Origin: Albugo candida
Taxonomy: Eukaryota
Direction: 5' to 3'
Assembly (NCBI GenBank): GCA_040437565.1
Contig: JBDOQK010000005.1
Location: forward strand, 186,001 to 250,000
Length of the DNA stretch: 64,000 bases
Shown: one piece after another, positions 51,196 to 64,000 of the stretch
Layout: every line of letters begins with the position of its first letter
Position numbering within the stretch: the first letter of the stretch is position 1
Position numbers and translations under genes: made by a program
The notes under the pieces: model-generated
The model's input: the letters and a program-made list of their open reading frames with translations, nothing else
Told to the model about the DNA's origin: nothing
Database searches by the model: none

Positions 51196-51373
51196 ACCAG
51201 CAGAGAAAGAAAGAATAAGTCGAAAAAAATGCCACAACCGAGGACGATTGAACAATTTTGAGCTCATTGCCACAACACAGAGATGCTCCGATATTCTTTG
51301 CGGTCTCTCTATTTCTTGTCTTAAAATTGTGCGTTCGGAAGGGAGTAGACAATTCGACACGTTCACACGCTGC

Positions 51374-53141
51374 TTACTGATCTTCTACCTTGTGGCGAGC
51401 CATATTCCTTTCAGCTTGTAATGTACGGCATAAGCTTTCCAAAGTTTTTATCTTCTCGTGCAGTTTACTGGTTGTATCTGTTGTCTCCATTTGTTCTTGT
51501 AACGAGGCGATAGCACCTTGATCGTATTTCGCACATTTATTTCTCAGTGTTGAGTTCTCTTTTTCGAGTTTCCTGATGTGTTTGCTCATCTAACGAAACA
51601 AAACATTAAAAGATCGTTTTACAGCCTCCACAAAAAAAAATGTATGCAGGCAAAAGCCATGAACCTTATCCATCTCTTCTCGGAATGTCACAAACATTTG
51701 ATTACTTTTCGTAAGCGTATCCTGTACGGCATCAAATTTTTCACTATAGGAGCTGAGTTGTTGCTACATTAACAGTCCAATAATACTGTGAGATCGCTTC
51801 ACTTTACGCAGCAAATCTGGTAAATCTGTACCTGCAGTTGCACCTCACGATCTGAAAATTCCTTCGCTTTCATCAACGTGAGCTTTGTTTTCTGCGATTC
51901 TTGAGAGGTCAACTCGATCTGACGATGTAACTTTGCTTCTGCTAATTGAATAGTGAGCTCCTTAGCTTCCAGTTGATGCTGAAAATGCTCTTCACGGGCA
52001 GTATATTGGTCCAAAAAAGATTTGAGTTTTTGCTGCAATCTGTGCACAAAGCGAACATCTCGGAACATTGACAAAGTCTCGACAAAGCTTGCACATACGT
52101 CTCATTCTCTTGCAGCGATGTGACGTAATCTTTCCCTTGTTGGTCCATCTTTGCTCCAACTTCTTCGATTGTTTTTTGGAATTGACTCGACAGATCCTTC
52201 CTGAAATGTGCGAGGTCATAATCAAATGGTCATGATCGTGTGAGTGTGTGACAAATGCCTTTTTTGATCTTCTTCGTCTGCTATGCGTCTGCTTTCGCAC
52301 TAAGGTAACAAATTCCGTGGTCATTGCAATTATGATCATTCATCTCGTACGAACCAGAATCAGTTTATTTTGTTTCTGTAATTCTCGACATAAATGCTCC
52401 AACTTTGATTTCGTCATGTTTACTTTCGCAAGCTCATTTTTTACTATCACATGTAATTTCTCTTAGCTATCAGACTGGTATCGAGAAGATAATGCCAAAA
52501 CTATCTAAACCAGAATTCTCTCGTTGCTTGGTCAAGATATACCGCGAATGAATTTGCCCGATCTTGCGCTGGAAAGCCGTGATATAATCAGTCTATCGAA
52601 GTATCATAAATGCATCTCAAATGATAGTCTGACACGTGCTAAGAAATATCACAAACCGTTTTGGCTGTCAGATTTTGTAATTCATCGAAATGAGTCGCAT
52701 TACAGCGAGCTTCAGCTTCAGCATTTGTATCTATATCTGTATTTTGTAATTGACGTAAAATGTTACTGAATGCATCGAGGGTATTTTGCGCTAGTAGTTC
52801 ATCTTGGTAAATGCCTATTACATAAACATCGCTTGAGCGTATTGAAATGTACAATGATTGCAGATCGCCATACCTGACAAGTCAATCGGTATATCCAAAC
52901 TTTCCTGATCGCCAACTTCGATTTGCGCAATTTTACTTGTAAGCAATTCTCGAAGATCTTCCGGTTGATGTGAGTGAGACTTTCTAGATGTACGACTTGA
53001 CGCGCAAAGCATATCTTCGACTGAAGACTGATGCCGTTTACTTTTATGCTTATGCTTCAATGTCTTTTTGCTACTTGCTTCATTTTGCTGCTTTAATCCA
53101 AGATTAACTTTGGATGAGTTTGGGTCGTTTGTGACGTCCAT
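51374..53141 (-). CDS. Taxilin-family coiled-coil protein, multi-exon
   Basis: KSKLEHLCRELQKQNK, YTAREEHF, FQDTLTKSNQMF, LESLCRTLQAER. Confidence 0.85.
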
Positions 53142-53235
53142 GGATTAATGGAACTTAAGTTCGGCATCTATCATGGACATTGGTGCGTATTTAAGAGAAT
53201 AGACAAATCCTGGAATCACCAAGCGTCATAAGTGC

Positions 53236-55251
53236 ATGCATTCGTTATGCTTGCAAGTGGCACAATTGGTGCTACTGCTTGTCGACACCACTATTCAGAA
53301 TTGCGTCAATTCATCTGTATATGATATTGTAATAAAAGACTTGAATCCTCTTGGCATTCGCTTCGATAGTGATTTTAGAATCATGCATTTTGTTCCTGAC
53401 TCGGAAGGGCGACCTCGCACAATAGAAGCTACCCGTATCGCTTCGATTGGAGATCATTTAATCAGTGTACAAGGAATGCTTTTAAAGGAATTGTCTTTCC
53501 AGGAGGGTTTGAACATGATTAGGAGCAACTCGCTGCCTAAAATGTTGCGATTTGAAGCATCTGAAGCACGCTGCCAATTTGATCAACATGATTCTGACGT
53601 TAGCAAGATCGATTATATTGTACGTGTCTGACTTTGGTGTATTCTGTATTGATAATCTTTTGTTGGCACGCAGGAGACTTTCTTTGAAGGCACGAGCAAA
53701 TCAACGTTGAAGCAGTATGTCGCGGTTCTATCCAAAGATGGTGGACCGCCTACCTGTGATGCTGCAGAAGTCGCTGTTGCACTACCGAATGACTCATGCA
53801 GTACCCTTCATGGAGAATTCTCTGGAAAACATATTTTGATCCCGGTACCACGTGCACTTACTGTTATCCAATAAGTCATCGTGATATATCCCAATGCTGT
53901 AAGACTCTCTCAGGATGCACCCCCTACCAAAAAGCAATTTTTGCTCAATATGCGGGAGCCAAAAGTGTCATATTCGTTCAACATGATGGGATGAAGCCCG
54001 TGCAAATTGTGGTTCCAGCGTATTCCACACAAGCTCCTACTGCAGGATTAGTGCTCAAAATACCACTCGTCATGATTGCGGGGGAATCAGGTTCTGAAAT
54101 TGTCAACCTTCTTGGGCAATTGAACCCTTCAGCCGATAGTTTACGGCTTCGGCTAGTATTGTCAAGTAAATGTCTTGCTCCAGAATACTCACATCTTTAC
54201 GCGAACAATTTCGCCGCACGATCAATCGAAGAAGAGACTCGAGAAGCTCTTGCAGGCTACATCACATTTCATATTGCCAAGACGCAGGGATCGTTCGAGG
54301 TAGGCTTGTCCATCAGATGGTCGCTGGCAGTTGAAACTCAAAACCTCTAGTTTGTTCGACTGGACGCCGGAAATAATGAGCTTTCGGTGCTTCCGCTCGG
54401 TACCATTGCCGCCTATTTCCCATCTCCGCAAGATCAGCAGGATATTTGCCAGTGTGCGCAGGAGCCACCACACTGCCTTTTAAAGCTTCAGAAGGACAAA
54501 GCTTACCTCCAACAGCACATGGTCGTACTCGTGCCTTCCCAAAACACGTGTACAGTGGTTGAGCTGCTTTTTTTGTTATCATCTCTAAAGGTTAAAGGCA
54601 TCATATACGGGGAAGACAACAATGATTTGCTTGACCCTCCTGCGATACTCCATGCCCTGTGCAGCCAACGCGGTCAAAGTAGTGAGCAATACTCAATATC
54701 GCATTCACGAGTGGAATCGCAGTCCGCGGTTGATCTCTCTTCTGTGTTGCTTATCAGTGGACGATCCGTTCGAACTATCAGGTCGGTTGAGTTGACGTCA
54801 GCACTTGAAGTCTGAAAGTACAATTGCAGGAGTATGGGAAAGGATTTGTCAAGCTTGGGGCCCATTTTCCTAGACCTCTATCCTGAAAGTAGGTTAAATG
54901 GATTTTATCGGCTTCATCGAGTTGTACTGAAGCTCGATTTCTTCAGATGCACTTCATCATCTGTGGAATGACTTGGCTCTATTGCTAGAGCCTGCTAATT
55001 GGCCTCTTTGCGGTACAACACGTAAGAAGCTATTTCGACGCATTTTGAAAGACTATACTTTTTTGGATGCAAACAAACAACACAACGGAATCTCACCAGA
55101 CCAGGGAAACAACGAGCGACGTGAGATCTTGCTCGCATTGTACGAGAAAGCGGAGAATTTTCATAACCAGAAAGCGGCATTCACGCAGCAAGTGTTTGAA
55201 GGTTTGGCAGTAACAAAAACAGCGCGCCGCTCAAGCTGTCAAGTATATTAA
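53236..55251 (+). CDS. Putative secreted protein with PDZ-like and protease-associated (PA) domains, multi-exon
   Basis: Hydrophobic N-terminus; PLGIRF...IGDHLISVQG (PDZ-like); CTPYQKAIFAQYAGAKSVIFV...IPLVMI (PA); a second degenerate PA-like unit. Confidence 0.65.
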
Positions 55252-55306
55252 TGTGCTCTATTGTTGCTCTAGTTGACTGCCCATGAAGTCGATGCTCAGC
55301 TAATTC

Positions 55307-58300
55307 TTACCGCAACGTGATTTCATACCCAGCAAGCAGCATGGGCCCAGCACGCACCAATGTGTCGTAAAGTGGATTCAGCTGTGAACTCTCGGACTTG
55401 CTCATTTTTTCAGTGTAGGCTTCAAGGCAGATAAGAATTTCTTTCCACACTTTTTTCTCCCTTCGAAGAAGATCTTCTCTTTCTTCAGTCTCCCAATTCC
55501 TAATGATAACTTGCTCGGAAGCTTGATCCTGCTCACCATCTGGGGACTGTATCCACTGAATGTACCTTGTTGCGGTCCAGCCTCGGCGTTGATGTGGGAG
55601 TAACAATTCATTCGGAGCCTGGGTGATCAAGTGATGCCAGACATTGCATGGACGAATCTTGTCGATTGTGCTATCCCGTAAAATGCTCTTCGTATTCAAA
55701 AATATCATATGTCTAAATGCTCGCACTTCCTCGTATGCGGCGCCGACATTTCGAACGTCAAATATGCTGGTTAAACCCATCTCAAAGTGAGTCATATCAT
55801 TCGCGAGGCGTAGTTTTCCATCTTCTTCCAATGGTCGTATAATCGAGGCATGACTGATGAATGTTGAAATCAGTTTAGCGACGAACTGGTGTATGATAGT
55901 GATCACCAATTTGGCCTTTGGAAGATGGCGAATATGCTCATGATTCACTGCAGTAAGAGCAGCGTTCAATTCGTCCATGTATTTGGAAGAGCGGCCATTG
56001 TTCTGGGTGATTGAGTCAACTGTATTGATGCTGGTGCTAGTAGAATTTGCAAATTCGACATGCATCTTTTCCATAATAGAGCCTAAGGATGACAAAATGG
56101 CATGCAAGTAGACAACAAGAATATTGGAGGCAAAAGCGTCCAGCTGATTCTTGATCGAATTAAGTACACCTTGTCCATGATCCTTTTGTGAGGCTTTAGT
56201 GTCCAGAATAGCGTTTTGTGCAGATTGCTCATGCATCTTACTCAGCCTTTCAATCGAAGTGCTCAACTGAAGCAAAGATGAAAGGAGACTCGCGTTATGG
56301 CTTTGTGCTGTAGTTCGTACGAGTTCTGGGCCCATGACCATAATCTCGCTGCTCGTAAACATGATCTGTTTCACATTTTCGCAGAACAATGTCGATATCT
56401 TTGAAATTTGTGACGCCATATCGGTAAATAATGTTGGATCGGAAGAAGTGACCGCTTCCATCTCGGAATGAATTGCTCGTGTTAATTGGTGCATATCGCT
56501 TCGAGTTGGTGGAGAAGCATGAAATTCCGAGTCCTTCGGAAACATCATCTTGATGGGGTGGCACATTCTTTTGAATGAACGATCCAAGAAAGGTTCAGAA
56601 AGAGACATCAACGTTTCCATGAATTGCTCACATTGACCACGAGTTAATGCCCCGGTCTTGTAACTTGCAGCGACACCAGCACTCTTTCTGCCCGTGCACT
56701 TGGCCCTTTCTGCTACATTTACCGTCAATGATGATAATTCGCGCAAGAGGATGCTGGCTTTACAATGGATCTGAGGATACTCTGCAACAAATGCCTCCCA
56801 GGCATGCTTATTTTGCGCACTCGTCTGAGTGAATAGCTCCCTTAGAATTGCGCACGATACCTCCCAGAATGTTGCGAAGAGCGTTGGCTCATCGTTCTGT
56901 ATCACAAAGTCAATGTATAGTTTGTTGGATTTGGAATCTTTCATTCTAATCAACACGCGCTCAAGATTCCATACTTGTAATGCTGATGCTTTCACACTAT
57001 CGAAAATTTGCTGTATCGCTTTCCAAACCTCACAAGATTCTGCAGACTTTTGTTCAGCAGATTCGTTTACTTTGTTGTGTGAATTTTCTTGAGACAGTGC
57101 TTCCGCTGCCTGGCTCTCTAGGATCTGTATCCTATCATTTACCGTAGCTTGAGCACTTTGATTCAATAGTCCCAAGTAGAACAATAATTGCAATGCATCT
57201 TCCATAAGAGCATGCCGCGCATCCACCATACTGTTTCTCAATGAAGACTCAGCAAGGCTTTGCAACTTTTTCTTCACAGATTGAAGTCGAATAATTTTAT
57301 CTTCCACGATACTTAATGTATCGAGGGTATTGCTACTTGCTTTAATTATATCGCTTGCTTCCCTCATGGATGCTGCAGTCGAAAAGTACTGAGTGAGATC
57401 GAGATCTTCCAGAAGTAATTCCCCTCCTTTCTCTTTCAATTCCAGATCCTCACATGACTTGAAGATGTAGCTGGTCAATTCTTCGTAATGCAGAATGGAA
57501 CGAATAAATTCGCTACACTTATCGATATTCGAGCATTTGTGAATATTCTCTTCCATAGATTTTTCATTAATTTGAACTTCATCCTGCATCTGCTTCAAAG
57601 ACTCTTGCATATTTGAAGTGTGACTCAATACCAATTCGACTTCAGCTTCCATCTCTGCAATCGAGCTCATGTNNNNNNNNNNNNNNNNNNNNNNNNNNNN
57701 NNNNNNNNNNNNNNNNNNNNNNNNNNNNNNNNNNNNNNNNNNNNNNNNNNNNNNNNNNNNNNNNNNNNNNNNGCCTAAGGATGACAAAATGGCATGCAAG
57801 TAGACAACAAGAATATTGGAGGCAAAAGCGTCCAGCTGATTCTTGATCGAATTAAGTACACCTTGTCCATGATCCTTTTGTGAGGCTTTAGTGTCCAGAA
57901 TAGCGTTTTGTGCAGATTGCTCATGCATCTTACTCAGCCTTTCAATCGAAGTGCTCAACTGAAGCAAAGATGAAAGGAGACTCGCGTTATGGCTTTGTGC
58001 TGTAGTTCGTACGAGTTCTGGGCCCATGACCATAATCTCGCTGCTCGTAAACATGATCTGTTTCACATTTTCGCAGAACAATGTCGATATCTTTGAAATT
58101 TGTGACGCCATATCGGTAAATAATGTTGGATCGGAAGAAGTGACCGCTTCCATCTCGGAATGAATTGCTCGTGTTAATTGGTGCATATCGCTTCGAGTTG
58201 GTGGAGAAGCATGAAATTCCGAGTCCTTCGGAAACATCATCTTGATGGGGTGGCACATTCTTTTGAATGAACGATCCAAGAAAGGTTCAGAAAGAGACAT

Positions 58301-59674
58301 CAACGTTTCCATGAATTGCTCACATTGACCACGAGTTAATGCCCCGGTCTTGTAACTTGCAGCGACACCAGCACTCTTTCTGCCCGTGCACTTGGCCCTT
58401 TCTGCTACATTTACCGTCAATGATGATAATTCGCGCAAGAGGATGCTGGCTTTACAATGGATCTGAGGATACTCTGCAACAAATGCCTCCCAGGCATGCT
58501 TATTTTGCGCACTCGTCTGAGTGAATAGCTCCCTTAGAATTGCGCACGATACCTCCCAGAATGTTGCGAAGAGCGTTGGCTCATCGTTCTGTATCACAAA
58601 GTCAATGTATAGTTTGTTGGATTTGGAATCTTTCATTCTAATCAACACGCGCTCAAGATTCCATACTTGTAATGCTGATGCTTTCACACTATCGAAAATT
58701 TGCTGTATCGCTTTCCAAACCTCACAAGATTCTGCAGACTTTTGTTCAGCAGATTCGTTTACTTTGTTGTGTGAATTTTCTTGAGACAGTGCTTCCGCTG
58801 CCTGGCTCTCTAGGATCTGTATCCTATCATTTACCGTAGCTTGAGCACTTTGATTCAATAGTCCCAAGTAGAACAATAATTGCAATGCATCTTCCATAAG
58901 AGCATGCCGCGCATCCACCATACTGTTTCTCAATGAAGACTCAGCAAGGCTTTGCAACTTTTTCTTCACAGATTGAAGTCGAATAATTTTATCTTCCACG
59001 ATACTTAATGTATCGAGGGTATTGCTACTTGCTTTAATTATATCGCTTGCTTCCCTCATGGATGCTGCAGTCGAAAAGTACTGAGTGAGATCGAGATCTT
59101 CCAGAAGTAATTCCCCTCCTTTCTCTTTCAATTCCAGATCCTCACATGACTTGAAGATGTAGCTGGTCAATTCTTCGTAATGCAGAATGGAACGAATAAA
59201 TTCGCTACACTTATCGATATTCGAGCATTTGTGAATATTCTCTTCCATAGATTTTTCATTAATTTGAACTTCATCCTGCATCTGCTTCAAAGACTCTTGC
59301 ATATTTGAAGTGTGACTCAATACCAATTCGACTTCAGCTTCCATCTCTGCAATCGAGCTCATGTGCGTGAGTAACTCTGCGTAATGACTACTGACATAGT
59401 CTGCGATGAAAGTTTCCACATCGATTATTTGAGAATCCAGATGATGAGAGAATTCAGCTGAAGATACGATGCCATGGGCTGGGACAAAATGCTCTTTTCC
59501 TTTATCGGATGCGAGAATGTCTCCAACCAATTCATGTACATCACAATCTGAGCAAAACGCGCTTAATTGGGCTACAGACACAAGTAGTGATAAGTTTCAG
59601 CACACTGATTGCGTGAAAGGTAGGAGGCAGTAGTCATTACGATCAAGTCTCAAGGCATCCCAAAGCGCTTCCAT
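55307..59674 (-). CDS. COG5: Conserved oligomeric Golgi complex subunit 5 (true length ~870 aa after removing the duplication)
   Basis: QVWNLERVL, EDGKLRLANDMTHFE, YEEVRAFRHMIF, PHQRRGWTATRYIQW. Short exon 1 MEALWDALRLD at 59674-59641. Confidence 0.85.
56081..59364. repeat. Gap-flanking direct duplication 56081-57672 = 57773-59364 (probable assembly artefact inside COG5)
   Basis: Offset 1692, apparently identical. It gives a false internal repeat in the 1424 aa ORF. Confidence 0.9.
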
Positions 59675-59731
59675 GAAATTTTCTCCTTTTAACAACGTGG
59701 TACCACAATGTTGGTACAAATTTGATCTACA

Positions 59732-62700
59732 ATGTCTGATCCATCTCATGCTATTCGATGCTTTATCCCGGATGACGTTTATGTCTGGCTTCCTGTGGAA
59801 ATCCAAGCCAAAGTCATGAATTATTTCCGTGAGAAGGAAAACCTTCCTCATGAAACTATATTGGAAGTGATTGCAACTCTTCCGAACGCTGTGATCGAGA
59901 AGCGGTATTTGGCTGCAGCAGCTATCGACACAAATCATATCTACTATCAGAATGAGAGTAGAAATGTCGACGATATGATAAGACTAGAACATTTACATGA
60001 AGCTGCAGTCTTATATAATCTACAGTATCGTTTTTTTCAGCAGCAGCCTTACACCTACATAAGCAAAATCTGTATCGCAGTAAATCCCTATCGCCAGCTG
60101 CCTGCATTGTACGATGTGAAAAATCAAGAACTGTACTCGACTCTTGATTCTCTGCTAAGCCTTCCACCCCATATATATGGAATCTCCAGCGCAGCATATA
60201 GTCATATGTTGAGTTTTTCCAAACAGCAGTCGATTCTAGTGAGTGGAGAATCCGGCGCAGGTAAAACAGAAAGCAACAAGATTATAATGACCCATCTGGC
60301 CTCTTTAGCTGGTGGCTTGGATGACCACACAGTCAAAAAGATTATACAAATTAACCCATTGCTGGAATCGTTCGGGAACGCAAGTACGATGTTGAATGAC
60401 AATAGCAGTCGAGTTGGTAGATTCACACAGCTTCAATTTGATACGAATGGAGCATTGATTGGGTCTGATTGTCGAACATATTTGCTGGAAAAAAGTCGTG
60501 TCATCCATCAACACAAGAATGAACGCAATTTCCATATTTTTTATCAACTGATGACATCCGAATATATCCGCAAGTTTGGATTAGATGACTCAGCGATCCT
60601 CGAGTTCAACTACTTGAATGGAAAGAAAGCAACGGAAAGGGATAATAACTGTTTTGCTAGTACAGTAAAAGCCCTGCATTTGATTGGAATCGACACGATT
60701 AAGCAGGAGCAAGTTTTCGAGTTAATAGTGGGCATATTGCTTTTGGGACAACTAGACATCTCATACTATAGCATCGATACCGAAGAAAGGTCCAAAATTG
60801 TTTCTGGCTCGAACTCGAGTAAAAATGACTGGGATTGTCTCACTTCATGCGCGAATTTATTAGGTCTCTCCAAGCTAGCGATAGAAAAGGCACTTTGCAC
60901 GCGCACAATGAGTGTCGCTAATGAGACTGTGACCGTCCAGTTACGCAAAGACCAAGCTAGTGATTGCCGGGATGCATTGGCTAAAGCCATATACGCCAAT
61001 GTTTTCACGTGGTTGATAGGAACCATAAATTCACTACTACGGCGGAAAGAGAACAATCCTTGCAACATAATTGGGATTCTTGACATTTTCGGATTCGAAC
61101 ATTTGGATTACAACTCTTTCGAGCAATTCTGCATCAATTATGCGAATGAAAAGCTGCAGCAAAAATTCTCTCAGGATGTATTCAAAACGGTTCAACTAGA
61201 ATATATCAACGAAGGCGTTATATGGGAACACGTCGAATTTGTCGACAATCAGGAAGTGATTGCGCTGATTGAAGAGCGTCTTGGCATCATATCGTTGCTA
61301 AATGACGAAATCATGCGCCCTAAAGGAAATGAAGAATCTTTCGTACTGAAGTTAAAGTCGATTTATAAAGACGAACAACATCTGATTGAGTTTCCAAAAT
61401 GCTCTCAAACTCACTTCACAATCAAACATTACGCCGATGACGTTACGTATCAATCAGTCGGATTTTTGGAAAAACATCGAGACGCTTTACTTCCAGACTT
61501 GTCCAACTTGATGCGTTCGTCCTCAAAGGAGCTACTGCGCAACATATTCAACACAGATGTGCTGATGGATGAGGGAAATCATCGATACAGCAAGGCAGTT
61601 GATGCACCATCAGTACTAGCGAGCGGGGCCAGGGAACTGCAAGAAGGTTACAGTATGAGATCAGTCGGAACAATCAAGACTTTAAGCACAAGAAACGCGG
61701 GAACGCAATTCAAGAACAATCTGAATGAATTGATGGCGACTTTACGAAATACAAATGTACATTATGTCCGTTGCATCAAACCAAATCGTTGTAATAAAAG
61801 TGATGAATTTGATCATCTGATGGTCACTGCGCAATTGAGATGTGCAGGAGTAGTAGAGGCAATTCGCATTGCTCGAGCAGTGTACCAAAACTGGCTCCGA
61901 CTAGAAGAATTTCAGGAAAGGTTCTGGATATTATCCAGCAATATCAAAAACCCAGTCAATACATCTCCCATCAGTGAGCTCACAATATCGAGAAATGACG
62001 TTGATGGTGAGACTGGCAAGTTGAAATATACTTGCAAGAAAGTCATGCAATTCTTGCATTTGACTTCGCCGGAAGACTATCAAATAGGGTTCACGCGCAT
62101 ATACCTAAGTAGTGGTGTCTTGGAACTTTTGGAAAGAAAAAAAAGTGAACGCTTTGATTTTTTTGCGTGGCGAATACAGCACACGATGCGAGGCTTCTCA
62201 TGTCGTCTCAAGTATATTCGACAGCGGCAAGCCATCCTCAAAATTCAGGTTTGGTTCTTATCAAATTATTGAGATTGTGCCTGTCGATATTCTTTTTGTA
62301 GTCTATAGCACGTTGTGTGATTATGAGGGCTCGCTACCAAGCCTTTATGTGCGCTGTGATAACCGTACAAGCGCATTGGCGAGGAATGAGAGAACGTCGT
62401 TCACTTTATATCGACAGGAAATTACAACGCGTAATTCGGATCCAAGCAAAATATCGTGGTTACGTCCAAAGGTATAGGCCAAAGGCTTTCGATCCACACT
62501 GGGCCTATCAATTAATCCGACGTTCAATTTTAGGCAGAAGTTCAAGCGTTACCGCACTGCAGCAATACATATTCAATCGTTTGTTCGAATGAAGGTTGAG
62601 AGGTCTAGACATCAGAACGCTCTCGCTGAAAAGAAACTACAGCAGAATCTGGCTGCGCAATTACACCGTGTGCAGCTCAAGCTTCAGCAAGAATGCATTC

Positions 62701-63759
62701 GAAACGGAACGGAATACTTGAAGTCTGTTGAGAAAAGCTCAAAATCAATCTTTCCCAGTAATGCTGCACGACACAAAAATGTTGCAACTTCACCGCAGCC
62801 TTCTCAAGACCAGATCCAAAACAAATGGATGGAAGATATCGACTCAGTAATCAATCATCTTCGAGATGAAGTGGAACGATTACGGACGGATAACGAGCTA
62901 GTAAAGGGGATGAACCATAATTTCAGAAGTGAAATCGAGAAACTACGGAACGAAAAAGAAATTGCCACTGCTAGCTTCCTTCTGAAAATTGCTCAATGTG
63001 AAGCACAAGTAAGTACGAAACTATTATTCCTGGTCTTGATCTTGATCCACTTCCTATTTCGCTGTTTAGATTGGAAAAAAAAATCACGAGTTAGCCACAA
63101 TCAAACGAGAGAATTCCATCCTCCGTAATCGTGAGCACGCCCGCTCAACCACCCTAGAGAAACAGGTGGCAGCTAAAGGTGAAAGAGGCTCGTTGCTACC
63201 GACTCTCGGATTGAAAAACTTCCATGTAGTCAAGAATCAATCTAAACACATGAAAGATGAAGGTATTAGGCGCAAAGCAGTGTCAAGAGCCGACCCTGAA
63301 TCTCTACAAGTATCTTTGACGGAGAAGCGTGCAGCGACTGATGATTTTCTCCGAGAATCAGCGAAAAAATTGTCGGGGCCTTCAGAAACAACATTTCTTG
63401 CTGGAACTAGCGATATTCTATCTGGGTCAACAGGAAGCAGTTTGAAGCATTTTGGTGATCGCCGAGTGGATCTTTCTTCCCTTCAAAGCAGGTTGAGTGC
63501 CATTAAAGGGAGATATTCTGGGATGGTTGAGAAGGAGGTGATACCGACTACAAGTGAGGCTATACAGACGCAGAATGATACTTTACGCCCAAACTATGAT
63601 GCACTGCTCTCAAGTTCTATGCAACCCAAACTACCTGCTGGATGGGAAGCAAGACTTTCTCGTTCCAAAAACGAGATCTACTATTGCAACCCTGAATTGC
63701 ACTTGACGCAATGGGATCGGCCAGCAGCAAATGTGACTGAAAAAAGCTACAATGTATGA
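59732..63759 (+). CDS. Myosin with IQ motifs, coiled coil and C-terminal WW domain (4 exons)
   Basis: GESGAGKT, LESFGNA, DIFGFE, YVRCIKPN; IQ motifs VQAHWRG and IQAKYRG; WW LPAGWEARLSRSKNEIYYCN...TQWDRP. Confidence 0.93.
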
Positions 63760-64000
63760 TGCTCAACATGGAATTGATTTGAAATCAAGCCTATCCATCA
63801 GCAAATAGCTGCAACGAGAAGTTCGCGCACGCCATAACGCCACAAGCGCAAAACTTTGCTTTGATATGGTACCCTCAGAATGCCAACATGCTCGTCAAAT
63901 CGGCATTAAGGCATCATCGGTAAATTATTAAAGCACATATTTGTTGAATGGCAAATTCAGTGTATCATGATGGCAAATTTGTAAGCACAGCTTGAATATG

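Noticed and set aside
55307..59581. Apparent internal ~530 aa tandem repeat in a 1424 aa ORF
   Set aside because: Apparently identical nucleotide copies abut a 100-N gap; the single copy gives a normal-size COG5.
1..64000. CRISPR arrays, rRNA, prokaryotic operons or defence islands
   Set aside because: None seen; the genes are spliceosomal-intron-containing eukaryotic genes, and most short ORFs in the track are antisense or alternate-frame shadows.

Overview
Eukaryotic genomic DNA from a draft assembly with twelve 100-N scaffold gaps. The very compact gene spacing, ~50-70 nt GT-AG introns and oomycete-type gene content (WW-tailed myosin, flagellar assembly factor DNAAF3) suggest an oomycete, most plausibly the white rust Albugo (inference, not verified). 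About 24 protein genes can be built by hand: CARM1-like PRMT, an atypical importin-alpha, RFWD3, TAF5, riboflavin synthase, patatin, an HNH-motif membrane protein, FEX fluoride exporter, BLOC1S1, rhomboid, a PPR protein, LicD family, DNAAF3, DUF1279, RagA/Gtr1, taxilin, a PDZ-PA protein, COG5 and a myosin, plus several hypotheticals. Gene-sparse blocks (1-3400, 23700-31400, 36200-38700) hold gene relics and a candidate secreted effector. Eight gaps are flanked by direct duplications that are most likely unmerged contig overlaps; they inflate the PPR and COG5 ORFs, and some pairs differ like two haplotypes. No CRISPR array, rRNA or convincing tRNA was seen. Best leads are the bacterial-toxin-like HNH module on a probably myristoylated membrane protein, the IBB-less importin-alpha with a Cys-rich/basic tail, the candidate effector and a tail-anchored riboflavin synthase. 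All family calls come from motif recognition, not database searches.
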